A DNA stretch of 64,000 bases from assembly GCF_009914755.1 (NCBI RefSeq), contig NC_060931.1; one strand, written 5' to 3'. The notes beneath the pieces were generated by a model. The model ran no database searches and had not been told where the DNA came from. It saw only the letters and a program-made list of their open reading frames with translations. Source of the stretch: the human T2T-CHM13v2.0 reference genome, Homo sapiens. A program made the position numbers and the translations under genes. Of this stretch, positions 42,001 through 53,929 are shown one piece after another (within the stretch, counting starts at the first letter, position 1; every line of letters starts with the position of its first letter).

Positions 42001-45000
42001 AAAGTGCTTTGTGATGTGTGCGTTCAACTCACAGAGTTTAACCTTTCTTTTCATAGAGGAGTTTGGAAACACACTGTTTGTAAAGTCTGCAAGTGGATAT
42101 ATGGACCTGTTTGAGGCCTTCGTTGGAAACGGGATTTCTTCATTGAATGCTAGACGGAAGAATTCTCAGTAAATTCTTTGTGTTGTGTGCATTCAACTCA
42201 CAGAGTGGAACGTCCCTTTAGACAGAGCAGATTTGAAACACTGTTTTTGCGGAAGTTGCAAGTGGAGATTTCTAGCCATTTGATGCCAACAGTAGAAAGG
42301 GAAATATCTTCAAATAAAAACCAGACAGAATCATTCTCAGAAAATTCTTTGTGATGTGGGCGTTCAACTCACATAGTTTAACCTTTCTTTTCATAGAGCA
42401 GTTTGGAAACACTCTGTTTGTAAAGTCTGCAAGTGGATATATGGACCGCATTGAGGCCTTCGTTGGAAACGGGATTTCTTCATTTCATGCTAGACAGAAG
42501 AATTCTCAGTAACTTCTTTGTGCAGTGTGTATTCAACTCACAGAGTGGAACGTCCCTTTGCACAGAGCAGATTTGAAACACTCTTTTTGTGGAGTTTGCA
42601 AGTGGAGATTTCAAGCGATTTGATGCCAACAGTAGAAAAGGAAATATCTTCAAATAAAAACTAGACAGAATCATTCTCAGAAACTACTTTGTGATGTGTG
42701 CCTTCAACTCACAGAGTTTAACCTTTCTTTTCTTAGAGCAGTTTAGAAACACTCTGCTTGTTATGTCTGCAAGGGGATATTTGGACCTCTTTGAGGCCTT
42801 CGTTGCAAACGTGGTTTCTTCCTTTCATGCTAGACTAAGAAGAGTTCTCAGTAACTTTTTTGTGTTGTGTGTATTCAACTCACAGAGTTGAACCTTGCTT
42901 TAGAGAGAGCAGATTTGAAACACTCTTGCTGTGGCATTTTCAGGTGGAGATTTCAAGCGATTTGAGGACAATTGCAGAAAAGGAAATATCTTCGTATAAT
43001 AACCAGACAGAATCATTCTCAGAAAGTGCTTTGTGATGTGTGCGTTCAACTCACAGAGTTTAACCTTTCTTTTCATAGAGGAGTTTGGAAACACACTGTT
43101 TGTAAAGTCTGCAAGTGGATATATGGACCTGTTTGAGGCCTTCGTTGGAAACGGGATTTCTTCATTGAATGCTAGACGGAAGAATTCTCAGTAAATTCTT
43201 TGTGTTGTGTGCATTCAACTCACAGAGTGGAACGTCCCTTTAGACAGAGCAGATTTGAAACACTCTTTTTGCGGAATTTGCAAGTGGAGATTTCTAGCCA
43301 TTTGATGCCAACAGTAGAAAGGGAAATATCTTCAAATAAAAACCAGACAGAATCATTCTCAGAAAATTCTTTGTGATGTGTGCGTTCAACTCACATAGTT
43401 TAACCTTTCTTTTCATAGAGCAGTTTGGAAACACTCTGTTTGTAAAGTCTGCAAGTGGATATATGGACCGCATTGAGGCCTTCGTTGGAAACGGGATTTC
43501 TTCATTTCATGCTAGACAGAAGAATTCTCAGTAACTTCTTTGTGCTGTGTGTATTCAACTCACAGAGTGGAACGTCCCTTTGCACAGAGCAGATTTGAAA
43601 CACTCTTTTTGTGGAGTTTGCAAGTGGAGATTTCAAGCGATTTGATGCCAACAGTAGAAAAGGAAATATCTTCAAATAAAAACTAGACAGAATCATTCTC
43701 AGAAACTACTTTGTGATGTGTGCCTTCAACTCACAGAGTTTAACCTTTCTTTTCTTAGAGCAGTTTAGAAACACTCTGCTTGTTATGTCTGCAAGTGGAT
43801 ATTTGGACCTCTTTGAGGCCTTCGTTGCAAACGGGGTTTCTTCCTTTCATGCTAGACTAAGAAGAGTTCTCAGTAACTTTTTTGTGTTGTGTGTATTCAA
43901 CTCACAGAGTTGAACCCTGCTTTAGAGAGAGCAGATTTGAAACACTCTTGCTGTGGCATTTTCAGGTGGAGATTTCAAGCGATTTGAGGACAATTGCAGA
44001 AAAGGAAATATCTTCGTATAATAACCAGACAGAATCATTCTCAGAAAGTGCTTTGTGATGTGTGCGTTCAACTCACAGAGTTTAACCTTTCTTTTCATAG
44101 AGGAGTTTGGAAACACACTGTTTGTAAAGTCTGCAAGTGGATATATGGACCTGTTTGAGGCCTTCGTTGGAAACGGGATTTCTTCATTGAATGCTAGACG
44201 GAAGAATTCTCAGTAAATTCTTTGTGTTGTGTGCATTCAACTCACAGAGTGGAACGTCCCTTTAGACAGAGCAGATTTGAAACACTCTTTTTGCGGAATT
44301 TGCAAGTGGAGATTTCTAGCCATTTGATGCCAACAGTAGAAAGGGAAATATCTTCAAATAAAAACCAGACAGAATCATTCTCAGAAAATTCTTTGTGATG
44401 TGTGCGTTCAACTCACATAGTTTAACCTTTCTTTTCATAGAGCAGTTTGGAAACACTCTGTTTGTAAAGTCTGCAAGTGGATATATGGACCGCATTGAGG
44501 CCTTCGTTGGAAACGGGATTTCTTCATTTCATGCTAGACAGAAGAATTCTCAGTAACTTCTTTGTGCTGTGTGTATTCAACTCACAGAGTGGAACGTCCC
44601 TTTACACAGAGCAGATTTGAAACACTCTTTTTGTGGAGTTTGCAAGTGGAGATTTCAAGCGATTTGATGCCAACAGTAGAAAAGGAAATATCTTCAAATA
44701 AAAACTAGACAGAATCATTCTCAGAAACTACTTTGTGATGTGTGCCTTCAACTCACAGAGTTTAACCTTTCTTTTCTTAGAGCAGTTTAGAAACAGTCTG
44801 CTTGTTATGTCTGCAAGGGGATATTTGGACCTCTTTGAGGCCTTCGTTGCAAACGTGGTTTCTTCCTTTCATGCTAGACTAAGAAGAGTTCTCAGTAACT
44901 TTTTTGTGTTGTGTGTATTCAACTCACAGAGTTGAACCTTGCTTTAGAGAGAGCAGATTTGAAACACTCTTGCTGTGGCATTTTCAGGTGGAGATTTCAA

Positions 45001-48000
45001 GCGATTTGAGGACAATTGCAGAAAAGGAAATATCTTCGTATAATAACCAGACAGAATCATTCTCAGAAAGTGCTTTGTGATGTGTGCGTTCAACTCACAG
45101 AGTTTAACCTTTCTTTTCATAGAGGAGTTTGGAAACACACTGTTTGTAAAGTCTGCAAGTGGATATATGGACCTGTTTGAGGCCTTCGTTGGAAACGGGA
45201 TTTCTTCATTGAATGCTAGACGGAAGAATTCTCAGTAAATTCTTTGTGTTGTGTGCATTCAACTCACAGAGTGGAACGTCCCTTTAGACAGAGCAGATTT
45301 GAAACCCTCTTTTTGCGGAATTTGCAAGTGGAGATTTCTAGCCATTTGATGCCAACAGTAGAAAGGGAAATATCTTCAAATAAAAACCAGACAGAATCAT
45401 TCTCAGAAAATTCTTTGTGATGTGTGCGTTCAACTCACATAGTTTAACCTTTCTTTTCATAGAGCAGTTTGGAAACATTCTGTTTGTAAAGTCTGCAAGT
45501 GGATATATGGACCGCATTGAGGCCTTCGTTGGAAACGGGATTTCTTCATTTCATGCTAGACAGAAGAATTCTCAGTAACTTCTTTGTGCTGTGTGTATTC
45601 AACTCACAGAGTGGAACGTCCCTTTGCACAGAGCAGATTTGAAACACTCTTTTTGTGGAGTTTGCAAGTGGAGATTTCAAGCGATTTGATGCCAACAGTA
45701 GAAAAGGAAATATCTTCAAATAAAAACTAGACAGAATCATTCTCAGAAACTACTTTGTGATGTGTGCCTTCAACTCACAGAGTTTAACCTTTCTTTTCTT
45801 AGAGCAGTTTAGAAACACTCTGCTTGTTATGTCTGCAAGTGGATATTTGGACCTCTTTGAGGCCTTCGTTGCAAACGGGGTTTCTTCCTTTCATGCTAGA
45901 CTAAGAAGAGTTCTCAGTAACTTTTTTGTGTTGTGTGTATTCAACTCACAGAGTTGAACCCTGCTTTAGAGAGAGCAGATTTGAAACACTCTTGCTGTGG
46001 CATTTTCAGGTGGAGATTTCAAGCGATTTGAGGACAATTGCAGAAAAGGAAATATCTTCGTATAATAACCAGACAGAATCATTCTCAGAAAGTGCTTTGT
46101 GATGTGTGCGTTCAACTCACAGAGTTTAACCTTTCTTTTCATAGAGGAGTTTGGAAACACACTGTTTGTAAAGTCTGCAAGTGGATATATGGACCTGTTT
46201 GAGGCCTTCGTTGGAAACGGGGTTTCTTCATTGAATGCTAGACGGAAGAATTCTCAGTAAATTCTTTGTGTTGTGTGCATTCAACTCACAGAGTGGAACG
46301 TCCCTTTAGACAGAGCAGATTTGAAACACTGTTTTTGCGGAATTTGCAAGTGGAGATTTCTAGCCATTTGATGCCAACAGTAGAAAGGGAAATATCTTCA
46401 AATAAAAACCAGACAGAATCATTCTCAGAAAATTCTTTGTGATGTGTGCGTTCAACTCACATAGTTTAACCTTTCTTTTCATAGAGCAGTTTGGAAACAC
46501 TCTGTTTGTAAAGTCTGCAAGTGGATATATGGACCGCATTGAGGCCTTCGTTGGAAACGGGATTTCTTCATTTCATGCTAGACAGAAGAATTCTCAGTAA
46601 CTTCTTTGTGCTGTGTGCATTCAACTCACAGAGTGGAACGTCCCTTTGCACAGAGCAGATTTGAAACACTCTTTTTGTGGAGTTTGCAAGTGGAGATTTC
46701 AAGCGATTTGATGCCAACAGTAGAAAAGGAAATATCTTCAAATAAAAACTAGACAGAATCATTCTCAGAAACTACTTTGTGATGTGTGCCTTCAACTCAC
46801 AGAGTTTAACCTTTCTTTTCTTAGAGCAGTTTAGAAACACTCTGCTTGTTATGTCTGCAAGGGGATATTTGGACCTCTTTGAGGCCTTCGTTGCAAACGT
46901 GGTTTCTTCCTTTCATGCTAGACTAAGAAGAGTTCTCAGTAACTTTTTTGTGTTGTGTGTATTCAACTCACAGAGTTGAACCTTGCTTTAGAGAGAGCAG
47001 ATTTGAAACACTCTTGCTGTGGCATTTTCAGGTGGAGATTTCAAGCGATTTGAGGACAATTGCAGAAAAGGAAATATCTTCGTATAATAACCAGACAGAA
47101 TCATTCTCAGAAAGTGCTTTGTGATGTGTGCGTTCAACTCACAGAGTTTAACCTTTCTTTTCATAGAGGAGTTTGGAAACACACTGTTTGTAAACTCTGC
47201 AAGTGGATACATGGACCTGTTTGAGGCCTTCGTTGGAAACGGGATTTCTTCATTGAATGCTAGACGGAAGAATTCTCAGTAAATTCTTTGTGTTGTGTGC
47301 ATTCAACTCACAGAGTGGAACGTCCCTTTAGACAGAGCAGATTTGAAACACTCTTTTTGCGGAATTTGCAAGTGGAGATTTCTAGCCATTTGATGCCAAC
47401 AGTAGAAAGGGAAATATCTTCAAATAAAAAACAGACAGAATCATTCTCAGAAAATTCTTTGTGATGTGTGCGTTCAACTCACATAGTTTAACCTTTCTTT
47501 TCATAGAGCAGTTTGGAAACACTCTGTTTGTAAAGTCTGCAAGTGGATATATGGACCGCATTGAGGCCTTCGTTGGAAACGGGATTTCTTCATTTCATGC
47601 TAGACAGAAGAATTCTCAGTAACTTCTTTGTGCTGTGTGTATTCAACTCACAGAGTGGAACGTCCCTTTGCACAGAGCAGATTTGAAACACTTTTTTGTG
47701 GAGTTTGCAAGTGGAGATTTCAAGCGATTTGATGCCAACAGTAGAAAAGGAAATATCTTCAAATAAAAACTAGACAGAATCATTCTCAGAAACTACTTTG
47801 TGATGTGTGCCTTCAACTCACAGAGTTTAACCTTTCTTTTCTTAGAGCAGTTTAGAAACACTCTGCTTGTTATGTCTGCAAGTGGATATTTGGACCTCTT
47901 TGAGGCCTTCGTTGCAAACGGGGTTTCTTCCTTTCATGCTAGACTAAGAAGAGTTCTCAGTAACTTTTTTGTGTTGTGTGTATTCAACTCACAGAGTTGA

Positions 48001-50050
48001 ACCCTGCTTTAGAGAGAGCAGATTTGAAACACTCTTGCTGTGGCATTTTCAGGTGGAGATTTCAAGCGATTTGAGGACAATTGCAGAAAAGGAAATATCT
48101 TCGTATAATAACCAGACAGAATCATTCTCAGAAAGTGCTTTGTGATGTGTGCGTTCAACTCACAGAGTTTAACCTTTCTTTTCATAGAGGAGTTTGGAAA
48201 CACACTGTTTGTAAAGTCTGCAAGTGGATATATGGACCTGTTTGAGGCCTTCGTTGGAAACGAGATTTCTTCATTGAATGCTAGACGGAAGAATTCTCAG
48301 TAAATTCTTTGTGTTGTGTGCATTCAACTCACAGAGTGGAACGTCCCTTTAGACAGAGCAGATTTGAAACACTCTTTTTGCGGAATTTGCAAGTGGAGAT
48401 TTCTAGCCATTTGATGCCAACAGTAGAAAGGGAAATATCTTCAAATAAAAACCAGACAGAATCATTCTCAGAAAATTCTTTGTGATGTGTGCGTTCAACT
48501 CACATAGTTTAACCTTTCTTTTCATAGAGCAGTTTGGAAACACTCTGTTTGTAAAGTCTGCAAGTGGATATATGGACCGCATTGAGGCCTTCGTTGGAAA
48601 CGGGATTTCTTCATTTCATGCTAGACAGAAGAATTCTCAGTAACTTCTTTGTGCTGTGTGTATTCAACTCACAGAGTGGAACGTCCCTTTGCACAGAGCA
48701 GATTTGAAACACTCTTTTTGTGGAGTTTGCAAGTGGAGATTTCAAGCGATTTGATGCCAACAGTAGAAAAGGAAATATCTTCAAATAAAAACTAGACAGA
48801 ATCATTCTCAGAAACTACTTTGTGATGTGTGCCTTCAACTCACAGAGTTTAACCTTTCTTTTCTTAGAGCAGTTTAGAAACACTCTGCTTGTTATGTCTG
48901 CAAGGGGATATTTGGACCTCTTTGAGGCCTTCGTTGCAAACGTGGTTTCTTCCTTTCATGCTAGACTAAGAAGAGTTCTCAGTAACTTTTTTGTGTTGTG
49001 TGTATTCAACTCACAGAATTGAACCTTGCTTTAGAGAGAGCAGATTTGAAACACTCTTGCTGTGGCATTTTCAGGTGGAGATTTCAAGCGATTTGAGGAC
49101 AATTGCAGAAAAGGAAATATCTTCGTATAATAACCAGACAGAATCATTCTCAGAAAGTGCTTTGTGATGTGTGCGTTCAACTCACAGAGTTTAACCTTTC
49201 TTTTCATAGAGGAGTTTGGAAACACACTGTTTGTAAACTCTGCAAGTGGATACATGGACCTGTTTGAGGCCTTCGTTGGAAACGGGATTTCTTCATTGAA
49301 TGCTAGACGGAAGAATTCTCAGTAAATTCTTTGTGTTGTGTGCATTCAACTCACAGAGTGGAACGTCCCTTTAGACAGAGCAGATTTGAAACACTCTTTT
49401 TGCGGAATTTGCAAGTGGAGATTTCTAGCCATTTGATGCCAACAGTAGAAAGGGAAATATCTTCAAATAAAAAACAGACAGAATCATTCTCAGAAAATTC
49501 TTTGTGATGTGTGCGTTCAACTCACATAGTTTAACCTTTCTTTTCATAGAGCAGTTTGGAAACACTCTGTTTGTAAAGTCTGCAAGTGGATATATGGACC
49601 GCATTGAGGCCTTCGTTGGAAACGGGATTTCTTCATTTCATGCTAGACAGAAGAATTCTCAGTAACTTCTTTGTGCTGTGTGTATTCAACTCACAGAGTG
49701 GAACGTCCCTTTGCACAGAGCAGATTTGAAACACTCTTTTTGTGGAGTTTGCAAGTGGAGATTTCAAGCGATTTGATGCCAACAGTAGAAAAGGAAATAT
49801 CTTCAAATAAAAACTAGACAGAATCATTCTCAGAAACTACTTTGTGATGTGTGCCTTCAACTCACAGAGTTTAACCTTTCTTTTCTTAGAGCAGTTTAGA
49901 AACACTCTGCTTGTTATGTCTGCAAGTGGATATTTGGACCTCTTTGAGGCCTTCGTTGCAAACGGGGTTTCTTCCTTTCATGCTAGACTAAGAAGAGTTC
50001 TCAGTAACTTTTTTGTGTTGTGTGTATTCAACTCACAGAGTTGAACCCTG
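36100..50050 (+). repeat. Sub-array with 2044-bp (2 x HOR, 12-monomer) periodicity of variants
   Basis: Mutant box 3 (AAACGTGG) at 36666, 38710, 40754, 42798, 44842, 46886, 48929. GAACCCTGC variant in each intervening HOR (~37785, 39829, 41873, 43917, 45961, 48004, 50048). Confidence 0.92.
47689..47700 (+). other. 1-bp deletion (CACTCTTTTTGTG > CACTTTTTTGTG), 1021-bp HOR
   Basis: Read directly; ORF-track period 1021 (46779 to 47800). Confidence 0.9.
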
Positions 50051-53000
50051 CTTTAGAGAGAGCAGATTTGAAACACTCTTGCTGTGGCATTTTCAGGTGG
50101 AGATTTCAAGCGATTTGAGGACAATTGCAGAAAAGGAAATATCTTCGTATAATAACCAGACAGAATCATTCTCAGAAAGTGCTTTGTGATGTGTGCGTTC
50201 AACTCACAGAGTTTAACCTTTCTTTTCATAGAGGAGTTTGGAAACACACTGTTTGTAAAGTCTGCAAGTGGATATATGGACCTGTTTGAGGCCTTCGTTG
50301 GAAACGGGATTTCTTCATTGAATGCTAGACGGAAGAATTCTCAGTAAATTCTTTGTGTTGTGTGCATTCAACTCACAGAGTGGAACGTCCCTTTAGACAG
50401 AGCAGATTTGAAACCCTCTTTTTGCGGAATTTGCAAGTGGAGATTTCTAGCCATTTGATGCCAACAGTAGAAAGGGAAATATCTTCAAATAAAAACCAGA
50501 CAGAATCATTCTCAGCAAATTCTTTGTGATGTGTGCGTTCAACTCACATAGTTTAACCTTTCTTTTCATAGAGCAGTTTGGAAACACTCTGTTTGTAAAG
50601 TCTGCAAGTGGATATATGGACCGCATTGAGGCCTTCGTTGGAAACGGGATTTCTTCATTTCATGCTAGACAGAAGAATTCTCAGTAACTTCTTTGTGCTG
50701 TGTGTATTCAACTCACAGAGTGGAACGTCCCTTTGCACAGAGCAGATTTGAAACACTCTTTTTGTGGAGTTTGCAAGTGGAGATTTCAAGCGATTTGATG
50801 CCTACAGTAGAAAAGGAAATATCTTCAAATAAAAACTAGACAGAATCATTCTCAGAAACTACTTTGTGATGTGTGCCTTCAACTCACAGAGTTTAACCTT
50901 TCTTTTCTTAGAGCAGTTTAGAAACACTCTGCTTGTTATGTCTGCAAGTGGATATTTGGACCTCTTTGAGGCCTTCGTTGCAAACGGGGTTTCTTCCTTT
51001 CATGCTAGACTAAGAAGAGTTCTCAGTAACTTTTTTGTGTTGTGTGTATTCAACTCACAGAGTTGAACCTTGCTTTAGAGAGAGCAGATTTGAAACACTC
51101 TTGCTGTGGCATTTTCAGGTGGAGATTTCAAGCGATTTGAGGACAATTGCAGAAAAGGAAATATCTTCGTATAATAACCAGACAGAATCATTCTCAGAAA
51201 GTGCTTTGTGATGTGTGCGTTCAACTCACAGAGTTTAACCTTTCTTTTCATAGAGGAGTTTGGAAACACACTGTTTGTAAAGTCTGAAAGTGGATATATG
51301 GACCTGTTTGAGGCCTTCGTTGGAAACGGGATTTCTTCATTGAATGCTAGACGGAAGAATTCTCAGTAAATTCTTTGTGTTGTGTGCATTCAACTCACAG
51401 AGTGGAACGTCCCTTTAGACAGAGCAGATTTGAAACCCTCTTTTTGCGGAATTTGCAAGTGGAGATTTCTAGCCATTTGATGCCAACAGTAGAAAGGGAA
51501 ATATCTTCAAATAAAAACCAGACAGAATCATTCTCAGAAAATTCTTTGTGATGTGTGCGTTCAACTCACATAGTTTAACCTTTCTTTTCATAGAGCAGTT
51601 TGGAAACACTCTGTTTGTAAAGTCTGCAAGTGGATATATGGACCGCATTGAGGCCTTCGTTGGAAACGGGATTTCTTCATTTCATGCTAGACAGAAGAAT
51701 TCTCAGTAACTTCTTTGTGCTGTGTGTATTCAACTCACAGAGTGGAACGTCCCTTTGCACAGAGCAGATTTGAAACACTCTTTTTGTGGAGTTTGCAAGT
51801 GGAGATTTCAAGCGATTTGATGCCAACAGTAGAAAAGGAAATATCTTCAAATAAAAACTAGACAGAATCATTCTCAGAAACTACTTTGTGATGTGTGCCT
51901 TCAACTCACAGAGTTTAACCTTTCTTTTCTTAGAGCAGTTTAGAAACACTCTGCTTGTTACGTCTGCAAGTGGATATTTGGACCTCTTTGAGGCCTTCGT
52001 TGCAAACGGGGTTTCTTCCTTTCATGCTAGACTAAGAAGAGTTCTCAGTAACTTTTTTGTGTTGTGTGTATTCAACTCACAGAGTTGAACCTTGCTTTAG
52101 AGAGAGCAGATGTGAAACACCCTTGCTGTGGCATTTTCAGGTGGAGATTTCAAGCGATTTGAGGACAATTGCAGAAAAGGAAATATCTTCGTATAATAAC
52201 CAGACAGAATCATTCTCAGAAAGTGCTTTGTGATGTGTGCGTTCAACTCACAGAGTTTAACCTTTCTTTTCATAGAGGAGTTTGGAAACACACTGTTTGT
52301 AAAGTCTGCAAGTGGATATATGGACCTGTTTGAGGCCTTCGTTGGAAACGGGATTTCTTCATTGAATGCTAGACGGAAGAATTCTCAGTAAATTCTTTGT
52401 GTTGTGTGCATTCAACTCACAGAGTGGAACGTCCCTTTAGACAGAGCAGATTTGAAACCCTCTTTTTGCGGAATTTGCAAGTGGAGATTTCTAGCCATTT
52501 GATGCCAACAGTAGAAAGGGAAATATCTTCAAATAAAAACCAGACAGAATCATTCTCAGAAAATTCTTTGTGATGTGTGCGTTCAACTCACATAGTTTAA
52601 CCTTTCTTTTCATAGAGCAGTTTGGAAACACTCTGTTTGTAAAGTCTGCAAGTGGATATATGGACCGCATTGAGGCCTTCGTTGGAAACGGGATTTCTTC
52701 ATTTCATGCTAGACAGAAGAATTCTCAGTAACTTCTTTGTGCTGTGTGTATTCAACTCACAGAGTGGAACGTCCCTTTGCACAGAGCAGATTTGAAACAC
52801 TCTTTTTGTGGAGTTTGCAAGTGGAGATTTCAAGCGATTTGATGCCAACAGTAGAAAAGGAAATATCTTCAAATAAAAACTAGACAGAATCATTCTCAGA
52901 AACTACTTTGTGATGTGTGCCTTCAACTCACAGAGTTTAACCTTTCTTTTCTTAGAGCAGTTTAGAAACACTCTGCTTGTTATGTCTGCAAGTGGATATT

Positions 53001-53929
53001 TGGACCTCTTTGAGGCCTTCGTTGCAAACGGGGTTTCTTCCTTTCATGCTAGACTAAGAAGAGTTCTCAGTAACTTTTTTGTGTTGTGTGTATTCAACTC
53101 ACAGAGTTGAACCTTGCTTTAGAGAGAGCAGATTTGAAACACTCTTGCTGTGGCATTTTCAGGTGGAGATTTCAAGCGATTTGAGGACAATTGCAGAAAA
53201 GGAAATATCTTCGTATAATAACCAGACAGAATCATTCTCAGAAAGTGCTTTGTGATGTGTGCGTTCAACTCACAGAGTTTAACCTTTCTTTTCATAGAGG
53301 AGTTTGGAAACACACTGTTTGTAAAGTCTGCAAGTGGATATATGGACCTGTTTGAGGCCTTCGTTGGAAACGGGATTTCTTCATTGAATGCTAGACGGAA
53401 GAATTCTCAGTAAATTCTTTGTGTTGTGTGCATTCAACTCACAGAGTGGAACGTCCCTTTAGACAGAGCAGATTTGAAACACTCTTTTTGCGGAATTTGC
53501 AAGTGGAGATTTCTAGCCATTTGATGCCAACAGTAGAAAGGGAAATATCTTCAAATAAAAACCAGACAGAATCATTCTCAGAAAATTCTTTGTGATGTGT
53601 GCGTTCAACTCACATAGTTTAACCTTTCTTTTCATAGAGCAGTTTGGAAACACTCTGTTTGTAAAGTCTGCAAGTGGATATATGGACCGCATTGAGGCCT
53701 TCGTTGGAAACGGGATTTCTTCATTTCATGCTAGACAGAAGAATTCTCAGTAACTTCTTTGTGCTGTGTGTATTCAACTCACAGAGTGGAACGTCCCTTT
53801 GCACAGAGCAGATTTGAAACACTCTTTTTGTGGAGTTTGCAAGTGGAGATTTCAAGCGATTTGATGCCAACAGTAGAAAAGGAAATATCTTCAAATAAAA
53901 ACTAGACAGAATCATTCTCAGAAACTACT

